Assembly (NCBI GenBank): GCA_029261855.1
Contig: JAJDAN010000021.1
Span: 193,923 to 257,922, forward strand
Direction of reading: 5' to 3'
Source: Deltaproteobacteria bacterium
GTDB lineage: Bacteria > Myxococcota_A > UBA9160 > UBA4427
DNA: 64,000 nucleotides
Shown piece by piece: positions 11,884 to 19,915 of the stretch. Both the position numbers and the translations under genes were made by a program. How positions within the stretch are numbered: position 1 is the first letter of the stretch; every line of letters begins with the position of its first letter. The notes below the pieces were generated by a model. That model searched no databases, had not been told where the DNA came from, and was given only the letters and a program-made list of their open reading frames with translations.

Positions 11884-12897
11884 GTGCAAGACAAGCTGCT
11901 CTTCCTGATCGGACCGCCCCGTTCCGGGTCGACCCTGCTCACGCGCATGCTGGGCAGCCACAGCGCGGTCCATGCGCCCGACGAGCCGCACCTCCTGACT
12001 CCCCTCGCGCATCTCGGGGTCTTCGCCAAGGTCGACCGCGCCCCCTACGACCCGATCATCACGGAGCTGGCCATGCGCGAGCTCGTGAAGGCGCTGCCCG
12101 GCGGTGAGCAGGACTACCTCGCCGCCCTGCGCGGCATGACCGATGCGCTCTACGAGAAGCTGCTGGCGCCGAGCGGCCGCCAGATGCTGCTCGACAAGAC
12201 ACCCGCCTATTCGCTGGTGCTCGACTTCGCGGCGAAGCTCTATCCCGAAGCGCACTACATCGTCCTGACCCGACAGCCCCTGGCCGTCTGGTCGTCGTAC
12301 GTCGAGTCGTTCTTCGACGGGGACGAAGGGGCGGCACACCGCCACCAGCCGCTGCTCGAGCGCTACGTCCCCGCCATCGCGCGCTTCCTGCGCGAACGTC
12401 CCGCCCCGGTCTGCCACGTCCGCTACGAGGACCTGGTGAAGGACCCCGAGACCGAAGTGGCCCGCATCTGCTCCTTCGCGGGCCTGCCCTTCGAGCCGGA
12501 CATGATCGACTACGGGAAGAAGCCCGAAGGTGCAAAAGAATCGGCCCGGGGACTGGGCGACCCCATGACCGTCGCCAAGCAGAGCCGCCCCACCACCGCG
12601 TCCCTCGACAAGTGGACCGAGGCGCTATCGGGGCAGCCGGCCAAGATCGCCCAGTGCCAGGAGATCCTGGCCTCCCTCGCAGACGAAGACCTCGAAACCT
12701 GGGGCTACACCCGGGGCGACCTCGAGGCCGAGCTCGCCGGCATCGACCCGGGCGGCCCCCGGAAGCCGCGTCCCAAGCTCACCCGCTACCGCCTGGAGCG
12801 CCTGGCGGTCACGCGGCTGCGCAAGAACATCCACCACAACGCCCTCGGGGCACTCCTCCGTCGCATCCGCTGGGCCTGCGACGTGCTGCTGCGCTGA
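11884..12897 (+). CDS. Sulfotransferase, TPST/RaxST-like (Sulfotransfer_3-type) by eye
   Basis: GTG start with SD AGGAG 7 nt upstream. The PAPS 5'-phosphosulfate loop is LIGPPRSGSTLLTRML, and a 3'-PB-like segment reads IVLTRQPLAVWSS. The blocks LLDKTPAYSLVLDFAAKLYPEA, VRYEDLVKDPE and ASLDKW align by eye with tyrosylprotein sulfotransferases. Confidence 0.8.
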   Translation: MQDKLLFLIGPPRSGSTLLTRMLGSHSAVHAPDEPHLLTPLAHLGVFAKVDRAPYDPIITELAMRELVKALPGGEQDYLAALRGMTDALYEKLLAPSGRQMLLDKTPAYSLVLDFAAKLYPEAHYIVLTRQPLAVWSSYVESFFDGDEGAAHRHQPLLERYVPAIARFLRERPAPVCHVRYEDLVKDPETEVARICSFAGLPFEPDMIDYGKKPEGAKESARGLGDPMTVAKQSRPTTASLDKWTEALSGQPAKIAQCQEILASLADEDLETWGYTRGDLEAELAGIDPGGPRKPRPKLTRYRLERLAVTRLRKNIHHNALGALLRRIRWACDVLLR

Positions 12898-12934
12898 AGC
12901 GAGCACGATCCCAGAAGTGCTATAGGTCTTCGCC

Positions 12935-13066
12935 ATGAACGAGAACACCGCCCGAACCGAGACCGCCGAGTCCTCGCGCTACGAGTCGCCGACCATCGAG
13001 CTGATCTCCCTGGATTGTGAGATCTCCTCCTATGCGCCGGACGATGGGGACATGCCGCTCTTCTAG
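12935..13066 (+). CDS. Unlisted 43-aa acidic Tyr-containing peptide (candidate sulfotransferase substrate / RiPP-like precursor)
   Basis: The ORF runs from ATG 12935 to TAG 13064-13066, same strand and 37 nt after the sulfotransferase stop. It is below the ORF-track size cut-off. Translation: MNENTARTETAESSRYESPTIELISLDCEISSYAPDDGDMPLF. By hand count, 38 of 43 codons end in G/C (coding-like here), with 10 D/E versus 2 R. There is no good SD. Confidence 0.45.
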   Translation: MNENTARTETAESSRYESPTIELISLDCEISSYAPDDGDMPLF

Positions 13067-13217
13067 CGTCGCGACCGGCGGTTCGCCGCATGGGTCCGAA
13101 TCGAAGCGCGCCCAACAGCGCGTCGGATGTCTGTGCGTTTCCTAGACGCGCGCCGTCTGCTCCTGCAGTCCTGTCCGCGCCGATGAGCCACGGGCGCTTT
13201 CCCGGGCGGAGCCGATC

Positions 13218-13946
13218 ATGCTGAAGCGAATCTGGCAGGCCATCTACCGCGTCGTCCGGACCTACTTCGTCGCCGGCTTGCTGGCCTTCGCGCCCATCGG
13301 CATCACGTTCTGGGCCATCGCCTGGATCATCACCCGGCTCGACAACCTGCTGCTGCCCCGGGTGATCCAGTGGGTCTCTCCCGGCCTCGACCAGCCGCCG
13401 GACATTCCGCCCCTGGTCGGCGCGCTGTTCACCTTCCTGGTGATCCTGATGGCCGGCGTCATCGTGCGGCACTTCTTCGGCCAGGAAGTCGTGCGCCTGT
13501 GGGAAGCCCTGCTGTCTCGAGTGCCCGTCGCGCGAACGATCTACGGCGCCGTCAAGCAGCTTCTCGACGCGGTCCTGCAGACGGGCGACACGAACTTCAA
13601 TCGCGTCGTGCTGATCGAATACCCGCGCAAGGGGATCTGGGCACTGGCCTTCACCACCGGGCAGACCCGCGGTGCGGTCGCGGCCGCCATCCCCGACAAG
13701 AAGCTGATCAACTGCTTCCTGCCGACGACGCCGAACCCGACCTCTGGCTTCTACCTCGCGATCCCGGAAGAGGACATCACCGAGGTCGCGATCAGTGTCG
13801 AGGACGCCTTCAAGGTGATCATGTCCGCCGGCCTCGTGACCCCGGGCCTCGCGAACACGGGCCGCAACGGAGGCGGTCGTCTACCGGCGGGCGCGACGCC
13901 CACGCAGCCTGCCCCGACTGCGCCCGGGTCCGAACCCGAGTCCTGA
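13218..13946 (+). CDS. DUF502-family membrane protein
   Basis: The N-terminal TM pair (YFVAGLLAFAPIGITFWAIAWI), VPVARTIYGAVKQL, VLIEYPRKGIWALAF and LPTTPNPTSGFY are typical of DUF502. SD GGAG is upstream. Confidence 0.8.
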   Translation: MLKRIWQAIYRVVRTYFVAGLLAFAPIGITFWAIAWIITRLDNLLLPRVIQWVSPGLDQPPDIPPLVGALFTFLVILMAGVIVRHFFGQEVVRLWEALLSRVPVARTIYGAVKQLLDAVLQTGDTNFNRVVLIEYPRKGIWALAFTTGQTRGAVAAAIPDKKLINCFLPTTPNPTSGFYLAIPEEDITEVAISVEDAFKVIMSAGLVTPGLANTGRNGGGRLPAGATPTQPAPTAPGSEPES

Positions 13947-13954
13947 TCCCGCGA

Positions 13955-14911
13955 TCAGCGGCGGGAAACCTTCGCCACCAGATCCTGGACCCCCTCGTGC
14001 TGGAACAGCCCCAGGGTGTCTCCGTTCTCGAGCATGGACGTCACCTCGGGGTCCTGAGCCAGGGCCTGGAGATCCGGGTCGTCGACCAGCCCCTTCACGC
14101 GCGGGCCGACTTCGGCGAGCACCTCCCCGAAATGCCGCTCGAAGGCGGCCGGGTCATCGATCGTGGCCTCGGGGACCACGCCCACGTCGACGAAGCGCGA
14201 ACGCATCTCCGGGTCGCTCGAGATGGCGCGGAAGCTCTGGCGGTTCATGGCGCGGGGGTAGGCACCGTTCTCGATCAGCGTCCAGAAGAAGCGATCCTGC
14301 TGCAGGGCCTCGATGCGCGGGTCGGCGAGAATCGCCTGCACACTCGTGACGGCGACTCCCGGTCGCGACGCGAGTCGCGCCATGACGTCCGCCGTCGCCA
14401 CGTCTGCATCCACCGTCGCACTCACGGCCTTCTCGACGAGCTTCTCGGTGACCTTTGCGGCGGACGAGATGCGGATGTCCGGCACGGCCTCGAGCCCGTC
14501 GACGGCACCGGTCTGCTTCGCCGCGTCGAGCCAGATCACGAGGTAGGACACGAGCACGACCACCAGCGCACCGCGGACGGCGCCGATCACGCCACCGACC
14601 CAACGGTTGGCCACGCCGAGTGACGAGTCGCCCCGCAGCCGGTTCGTCGCATGGCGGATCACGGCGCCGAGCCCGCCCACCACGAGCGCCGTGACGAAGA
14701 AGCCGACGGTGCCGGCGACGACCGGGGCGAGCAGAGGCGAGAAGCCGGTCTTGTCGGCAAGCGACGCACCCAGGTTCTGGGCCGCCCACACCGCACCGGC
14801 ATACGAGGCGATGAGGGTGAACAGGCCGAGGGCGCTGGCCACGCCGCCGCGCAGCGCGCCGATCAGCGCGAAGATGGCGAGGATCGCCAGGGCGACGAGA
14901 TCGAGAATCAT
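13955..14911 (-). CDS. cvpA: CvpA-family membrane protein with C-terminal extension
   Basis: The N-terminus MILDLVALAILAIFALIGALRGGV plus four TM segments is typical of CvpA. A ~170-aa soluble tail follows. Confidence 0.75.
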   Translation of the reverse strand: MILDLVALAILAIFALIGALRGGVASALGLFTLIASYAGAVWAAQNLGASLADKTGFSPLLAPVVAGTVGFFVTALVVGGLGAVIRHATNRLRGDSSLGVANRWVGGVIGAVRGALVVVLVSYLVIWLDAAKQTGAVDGLEAVPDIRISSAAKVTEKLVEKAVSATVDADVATADVMARLASRPGVAVTSVQAILADPRIEALQQDRFFWTLIENGAYPRAMNRQSFRAISSDPEMRSRFVDVGVVPEATIDDPAAFERHFGEVLAEVGPRVKGLVDDPDLQALAQDPEVTSMLENGDTLGLFQHEGVQDLVAKVSRR

Positions 14912-15005
14912 GGGTCCTTATCGACCGAGCGGGTCGCGGCCTGAACGCGGCCCCCCCCGCCCGCGCGCAGGCCCCGCGCAGGTCAGGCGCAACCGCCCCA
15001 CAGCC

Positions 15006-16577
15006 TCACGGAGCGTCCAGGAAACGCCTCGCGACATCGCCGGGGGACTCGCCGTCGTGGTCGACCGCGGCGTTCATCGCCTGCATCTGCGCCTCGTCGA
15101 TACGGTCGTTCAGCTCGGCCAGGGCGGCCACCACGTCCGGAGCCCGCCGCACGAGGTCCGGGCTCACCAGTACGATGGCGTCATAGGGCGGCACCACCCC
15201 GCGATCATCCTCCACCAGGGCCAGGTCCAGGGACGCGATGCGTCCGTCCGTCGAGTACGCGCTGATGACGTCGACCTCCCCAGAGGCCACCGCCTGGTAC
15301 ATGAGTGCCGAATCCATCGCGCGCTCCTCGCGGAATGCCAGGCCGTAGACGGACTCGAGGGCGCGCCATTCCGCGCGCGCGAAGAACTCGTAGTCGCCAC
15401 CGATGGACAGGTTCGGCGCGTGACGCGCGAGATCGCCGATCGTCCCGATACGCCGGGCCTGCGCGTCCCCTCGCCGCATCGCCAGCGCGTAGGTGTTCTC
15501 GAAGCCGAGCCCGCCGACGACACGGACCCCGTGCTCGGCCGCGAGGAACGCCTCGACGCCGGCGAGGACGTCGGCGCGGTCCTCGGGTAGATCCTTGCGC
15601 TGCATGATCGTTGCCCACGTGGTGCCCGTGTACTCGACGTAGACGTCGATCTCTCCGGCCCGCAGCGCATCGAAGGCGACTGTCGATCCCAGGGACTGGA
15701 TGAGCCGGGTCTCGCGGCCTGTTTCCCGGGCAATCTGCTCGGCGAGTAGCTCCGACAGGATGTACTGCTCGGTGAAGGTCTTGGCCCCGATCCGGATCGG
15801 CCGCGCGCCGGCCCCGCTCGCCGACACGACGAAGGCCCCGGCCGCGTACGCGCACAGCGCGATCCCCAGCGCGGCGGCGATTCCGATACGCCACCTCGAC
15901 CGCTCGACGAGCCCGCGCTCGAGCATCCGGACGAGGGCGTCGAGCCCGATGGCGAGGAGCGCCGCCGCGAGGCTTCCGACGAGCACCGCCGTGTAGTTGC
16001 GGGTCTGCAGACCACTGAAGATGTAATTGCCGAGGCTCGTCGCTCCGACCGGGGTCGCCAGGGTCGCCGTGCCCACGACCCAGACCGTCGCGGTGCGAAC
16101 CCCCGCGACGATGACGGGCAGCGCCAGCGGCAGCTCGACCCGGACCAGCCGCTGCCGATCCGTCATCCCGACCCCGCGCGCCGCCTCGACCAGCGCCGGA
16201 TCGACGCCGGCTACACCGGTGACTGTGTTCCGCAGGATGGGAAGGATGCTGTAGAGGCTGAGTGCGACGACGGCGGGCAGGAAGCCGATGCTTCGCAGCT
16301 CGATCCCCAGGCCCGAGAGCAACACTCCCAACCCCGCGAGCAGCGGCACCATCAGTGCCAGCAATGCCAGGCTGGGGACCGTCTGCAGCACGCTGGCCGC
16401 GCCGAGCACCGCGGGCTCGAGACGAGGATTTCGGGTAATCCAGACGCCCAGGGGCACACTGAACGCCACTCCGCAGAAGAGCGCCGTCAGGGACAGCTGC
16501 AGGTGCGCCGTCCCGTAGTCCGGGAGCAACGACAGCTGCTGGATCAGCGCTTCAGACACCCTCACCTCTCGGGCCAT
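15006..16577 (-). CDS. Osmoprotectant (glycine betaine/choline-type) ABC transporter, fused permease and substrate-binding protein
   Basis: The N-terminal half is a BPD-type permease (EAARGVGMTDRQRLVRVELPLALP, an EAA loop). The C-terminal half is an OpuAC-like binding domain (IRIGAKTFTEQYILSEL...VYVEYTGT). The start may be GTG 16559 instead of 16577. Confidence 0.85.
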   Translation of the reverse strand: MAREVRVSEALIQQLSLLPDYGTAHLQLSLTALFCGVAFSVPLGVWITRNPRLEPAVLGAASVLQTVPSLALLALMVPLLAGLGVLLSGLGIELRSIGFLPAVVALSLYSILPILRNTVTGVAGVDPALVEAARGVGMTDRQRLVRVELPLALPVIVAGVRTATVWVVGTATLATPVGATSLGNYIFSGLQTRNYTAVLVGSLAAALLAIGLDALVRMLERGLVERSRWRIGIAAALGIALCAYAAGAFVVSASGAGARPIRIGAKTFTEQYILSELLAEQIARETGRETRLIQSLGSTVAFDALRAGEIDVYVEYTGTTWATIMQRKDLPEDRADVLAGVEAFLAAEHGVRVVGGLGFENTYALAMRRGDAQARRIGTIGDLARHAPNLSIGGDYEFFARAEWRALESVYGLAFREERAMDSALMYQAVASGEVDVISAYSTDGRIASLDLALVEDDRGVVPPYDAIVLVSPDLVRRAPDVVAALAELNDRIDEAQMQAMNAAVDHDGESPGDVARRFLDAP

Positions 16578-17340
16578 CCGGAGCCAGCCCCAGCAGATCG
16601 TCGACGATCCGCGCCTGTCGCTGGGGCGTCTCCATCAGCTCGGCGACCCCGTCGTCGGCGGGGTTGCGCAACAGCTCTGCGGGCGTCCCCAGCTGAACCA
16701 GTCGGCCCTCGCGAAGCACGGCGATGCGGTCGCCCAGCAACAGGGCTTCCACCATGTCGTGGGTCACGAAGACGACCGTCAGCGCGAGCTCGCGACGGAT
16801 CCATTGCAGCGACTGCTGCAGGTGGTCCCGTGTGAGTGGGTCGAGCGCGCCGAAGGGCTCGTCGAGCAGCAGCAGCGCTGGCTCTGCGGCCAGCGCCCGA
16901 GCGATCCCCACGCGCTGCTGCTCCCCGCCCGAAAGCTCGGCGGGATCGCGCGCACGGAAGAGGTCCGGGTCGAGCTGGACCATCTCGAGCAGCGCGTCCA
17001 CCCGCGCCCGGATGCGCGTGGGGTCCCAGCCGAGCAGGCTCGGCGTGACCGCAATGTTCTCGCCGACGCTCAGGTGCGGGAACAGACCGACCTGCTGGAA
17101 CCCGTATCCGATGCGGCGGCGCAGGACGTGGCCCGGCAACCCGCGCGTGTCCTCGCCCCCGATCCGGACCGTCCCGGCGCTGGGCTCGATCAGCCGGTTG
17201 ATCATCTTGAGCGTCGTGGTCTTGCCGGACCCGGAGCCGCCGAGCAACACCAGCAGCTCGCCTTCGGGCACCGTGAAGCTCACCCCGTCGACCACGGCCC
17301 GACCGTCGTAGCGCTTCGAAAGGTCGCGGACCTCGATCAC
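16552..17340 (-). CDS. ABC transporter ATP-binding protein (osmoprotectant uptake type)
   Basis: Walker A GGSGSGKTT, Q-loop, signature LSGGEQQRVGIARAL and Walker B LLLLDEPFGALD are present. It is adjacent to, and overlaps, the permease gene. Confidence 0.9.
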   Translation of the reverse strand: MIEVRDLSKRYDGRAVVDGVSFTVPEGELLVLLGGSGSGKTTTLKMINRLIEPSAGTVRIGGEDTRGLPGHVLRRRIGYGFQQVGLFPHLSVGENIAVTPSLLGWDPTRIRARVDALLEMVQLDPDLFRARDPAELSGGEQQRVGIARALAAEPALLLLDEPFGALDPLTRDHLQQSLQWIRRELALTVVFVTHDMVEALLLGDRIAVLREGRLVQLGTPAELLRNPADDGVAELMETPQRQARIVDDLLGLAPDGPRGEGV

Positions 17341-17903
17341 GAAAGCCTCCGCTCTCGCTGCGCGAGCGCCTGCAGCTGGTCAGCAAGCGCCAGGACCTCG
17401 TCGCTCTCCGCATCGAGACCCGGCTGCAGCTCTCGCAGCGCCTCCGCCAGGCGGGTGACGTACTCGAGATTCGGTCCGCTCGGACCGGCACTGGCCAGCA
17501 CCTGGCGCGCGATGGCATCGAGCGAGGCCGGCCCCAGATAGTTCGGATTGCCCGGCGTCGCGAGATACAGCAACGCGGCACGCGAGCCCGCAGCCGGGTC
17601 ATCGAAGTGCAGGTCCACGTCGACCCGCTCGTAGCCCCCCTTTTCCCGGTGATCGAGCTGCTCGACGACGCCGTCGACATCCTCGGGCGCCACCTCGTAG
17701 GCCATCCCGAAGCAACGTACGTCCGGCTCGCGCACCAGGGTCACCACGCGCCCAGGCCGCCCCGGCACGCCCCGGTGGTCCGTCGAGCCCTGCCAGAAGC
17801 GGCGCCGAAAGCCGTGGACCCAGGCCGGCCGGCGACTGCGATGGACGAATGCCGGGCGCCAGACGAGGGAGCCGTACCCGAAGATCCAGAGGGGGTCCTT
17901 CAT
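17337..17903 (-). CDS. chaC: ChaC-family gamma-glutamylcyclotransferase
   Basis: IFGYGSLVWRPAF...GRPGRVVTL...GMAYEV...LDHREKGGY are the characteristic ChaC motifs. It shares an ATGA overlap with the downstream ABC ATPase gene. Confidence 0.8.
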   Translation of the reverse strand: MKDPLWIFGYGSLVWRPAFVHRSRRPAWVHGFRRRFWQGSTDHRGVPGRPGRVVTLVREPDVRCFGMAYEVAPEDVDGVVEQLDHREKGGYERVDVDLHFDDPAAGSRAALLYLATPGNPNYLGPASLDAIARQVLASAGPSGPNLEYVTRLAEALRELQPGLDAESDEVLALADQLQALAQRERRLS

Positions 17904-17913
17904 CGGGGCCCCA

Positions 17914-18468
17914 TCACGCGTCCTCGCCCGGCGGGTCGTAGCGGATGGCGACGATCGCGATCGTGGCTTCTCCCCGGGGTCGTCGGAAGCTGAACTCGTC
18001 GCCCTCCTCCCTGCCGAGCAGCGCCTTGCCGAGGGGGGAGTCCATGCTGATGAAGCGGCGGTCGGGGTCGAACTCGTCGGGACCCACGATACGGTAGGTG
18101 CTGGCTTCGCCGTCCTCGTCCTCGACGGTCACCCAGGCGCCGAAGAAGACCTTGTCGGTCCGGTCGGGGGGCCGGTCGACGACGGCCAGGTCGTCGGTGC
18201 GTTTCTGCAAGAAGCGCAAGCGGCTGTCGATCTCGCGCAGACGTTTCTTGCCGTAGATGTAGTCCGCGTTCTCGCTGCGATCGCCGAGGGCCGCCGCCCG
18301 CGACACGGCCTCGGTCACCTTGGGACGCTCGACCCGCCAGAGCAGGTCGAGTTCCTGCTGCAGACGCGCGAAGCCTTCCGGCGTGATGTAATCGCTCTTG
18401 CGAGCGCCACCCTTCGCTCCCTCGCGTCCGGTCCCGCGTTCGGAGCCTCTGGCACGTCGCACCGCCAC
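17914..18468 (-). CDS. greB: Transcription elongation factor GreB
   Basis: ITPEGFARLQQELDLLW...ALGDRSENADYIYGKKRLREIDSRLRFL...VFFGAWVTVEDEDGE...YRIVGPDE...ISMDSPLGKALLG aligns along its whole length with E. coli GreB. There is a ~25-aa basic N-terminal extension. Confidence 0.9.
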   Translation of the reverse strand: MAVRRARGSERGTGREGAKGGARKSDYITPEGFARLQQELDLLWRVERPKVTEAVSRAAALGDRSENADYIYGKKRLREIDSRLRFLQKRTDDLAVVDRPPDRTDKVFFGAWVTVEDEDGEASTYRIVGPDEFDPDRRFISMDSPLGKALLGREEGDEFSFRRPRGEATIAIVAIRYDPPGEDA

Positions 18469-18471
18469 CGA

Positions 18472-19902
18472 TCACTCCGGCGTGCGGATGACGAGCAGGC
18501 GGACCTCGCTCATGTCTTCCATGGCGAAGCGGATCCCCTCACGACCGAGGCCGCTCTCCTTTACGCCGCCGTAGGGCATGTGGTCCACTCGCCAGGACGG
18601 AACGTCTCCGATGACGACGCCGCCGACGTCGAGCACGTCCCAGGCCTTCTGCATCTTGTAGAGATCGCGGGTGAAGATGCCGGCCTGCAGGCCGAAGACC
18701 GAATCGTTGACGCTCGCGAGTGCGTCCTCGAAGTGTGTGAAGCGCGAGAGCACGGCCACCGGGCCGAAGGCTTCCTGGCACACGACGTCCTCCGCCTTCG
18801 GGACGTCCTCGAGCAGGGTCGCTTCGAGCATGTTTCCGTCGCGCTTGCCCCCGCACAAGAGCTTCGCGCCGTTCGCGACCGCCGACTCGATCCAGCCGTG
18901 CAGGCGCTCGGCTTCGCCCACGGAGATCATCGGCCCGATGAAGGTGTCCTCGTCGCGCGGGTTCCCCATCTTGAGGGTGCCGGTCTTCGCGACGAGCTTC
19001 TGCCGCAGTTCGTCGTAGAGCGATTCATGCGCCAGGATGCGCTGCACGCCGATGCAGCTCTGTCCGCTCTGGTAGAAGGCGCCGAACACGATCCGCTCGA
19101 CCGCGTCGTCGAGGTCCGCATCCGCATCGACGATCACCGCCGCGTTGCCGCCCAACTCGAGCACCACGGGCTTCTTGCCCGCCCGCGCCTTCAGGTCCCA
19201 GCCCACGCCGGGCGAGCCGGTGAACGAGAGCAGCTTCAGGCGCTCATCCTCGGTGAAGAGCCGCGCGCCGTCGCGCTTGCAAGGCAGCACTGAGAAGGCG
19301 CCCGCCGGCAGATCCGTCTCGGCGAGCACTTCTCCGATGACCAGCGCGCCGATGGGCGTGAGGCTCGCTGGCTTCAGCACGAAAGGACAACCCATGGCGA
19401 GCGCCGGCGCGACCTTGTGGGCGGCGAGGTTCAACGGAAAGTTGAACGGAGCGATGAACGAGCACGGACCGATGGGCACGCGCTTCCACATCCCCGAATA
19501 GCCACGCGCCCTGGGACTGATGTCCAGGGGCAGCACCTCTCCGGTGATGCGGACCGATTCCTCGGCGGCCACCCGGAAGGTGTCGATCAAGCGCCCGACC
19601 TCTCCGCGGCTGTCCTTGATCGGCTTGCCGGCCTCGATGCAGAGGGCCTCGGCAAGCTCTTCGGCGCGCTCCTGGAAGCGAGCGACACAGTGCATCAGCA
19701 CGGCCTGGCGCTCGTAGGCGGCCATCCTCGCCATGGGCTCGGCGGCGGCCACCGACGCCGCGATGGCCCGATCGATGGCGGCCTCGTCCGCCATGGCGAC
19801 CCGGGTCGCTACCTCGCCGCTGAACTTGTCGCGAACCTCGAGGTCCTGATTCGGGGCCTCGGGTCGATTGGCCAGGTAGTAGGGATAGCTTTCGCGCAGC
19901 AT
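18472..19902 (-). CDS. NAD(P)-dependent aldehyde dehydrogenase family protein (GapN/lactaldehyde DH-like)
   Basis: 476 aa. It carries FTGSPGVGW, LELGGNAAVIV (catalytic Glu) and GQSCIGVQR (catalytic Cys). Confidence 0.9.
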   Translation of the reverse strand: MLRESYPYYLANRPEAPNQDLEVRDKFSGEVATRVAMADEAAIDRAIAASVAAAEPMARMAAYERQAVLMHCVARFQERAEELAEALCIEAGKPIKDSRGEVGRLIDTFRVAAEESVRITGEVLPLDISPRARGYSGMWKRVPIGPCSFIAPFNFPLNLAAHKVAPALAMGCPFVLKPASLTPIGALVIGEVLAETDLPAGAFSVLPCKRDGARLFTEDERLKLLSFTGSPGVGWDLKARAGKKPVVLELGGNAAVIVDADADLDDAVERIVFGAFYQSGQSCIGVQRILAHESLYDELRQKLVAKTGTLKMGNPRDEDTFIGPMISVGEAERLHGWIESAVANGAKLLCGGKRDGNMLEATLLEDVPKAEDVVCQEAFGPVAVLSRFTHFEDALASVNDSVFGLQAGIFTRDLYKMQKAWDVLDVGGVVIGDVPSWRVDHMPYGGVKESGLGREGIRFAMEDMSEVRLLVIRTPE

Positions 19903-19915
19903 GCGAGGGCTCCTG

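Noticed and set aside
12935-13066. Reading the small peptide as a lasso-peptide or PqqA-type precursor. The basis was a YxxPxI leader-like motif, Ser at -2/+1, Asp at core position 8, and E-x3-Y as in PqqA.
   Set aside because: No lasso cyclase, leader peptidase, RRE/PqqD, radical-SAM PqqE or PqqB/C genes lie anywhere nearby. The putative core (12 aa) would also be too short for a threaded lasso. I kept this only as a side note to the sulfotransferase-substrate hypothesis.
13955-14911. CvpA (a colicin V production protein homologue) as an export or maturation partner of the small peptide.
   Set aside because: cvpA is a widespread housekeeping membrane gene. It is convergent, separated from the peptide by another gene, and nothing in the sequence links it to the peptide. 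The association is circumstantial only.
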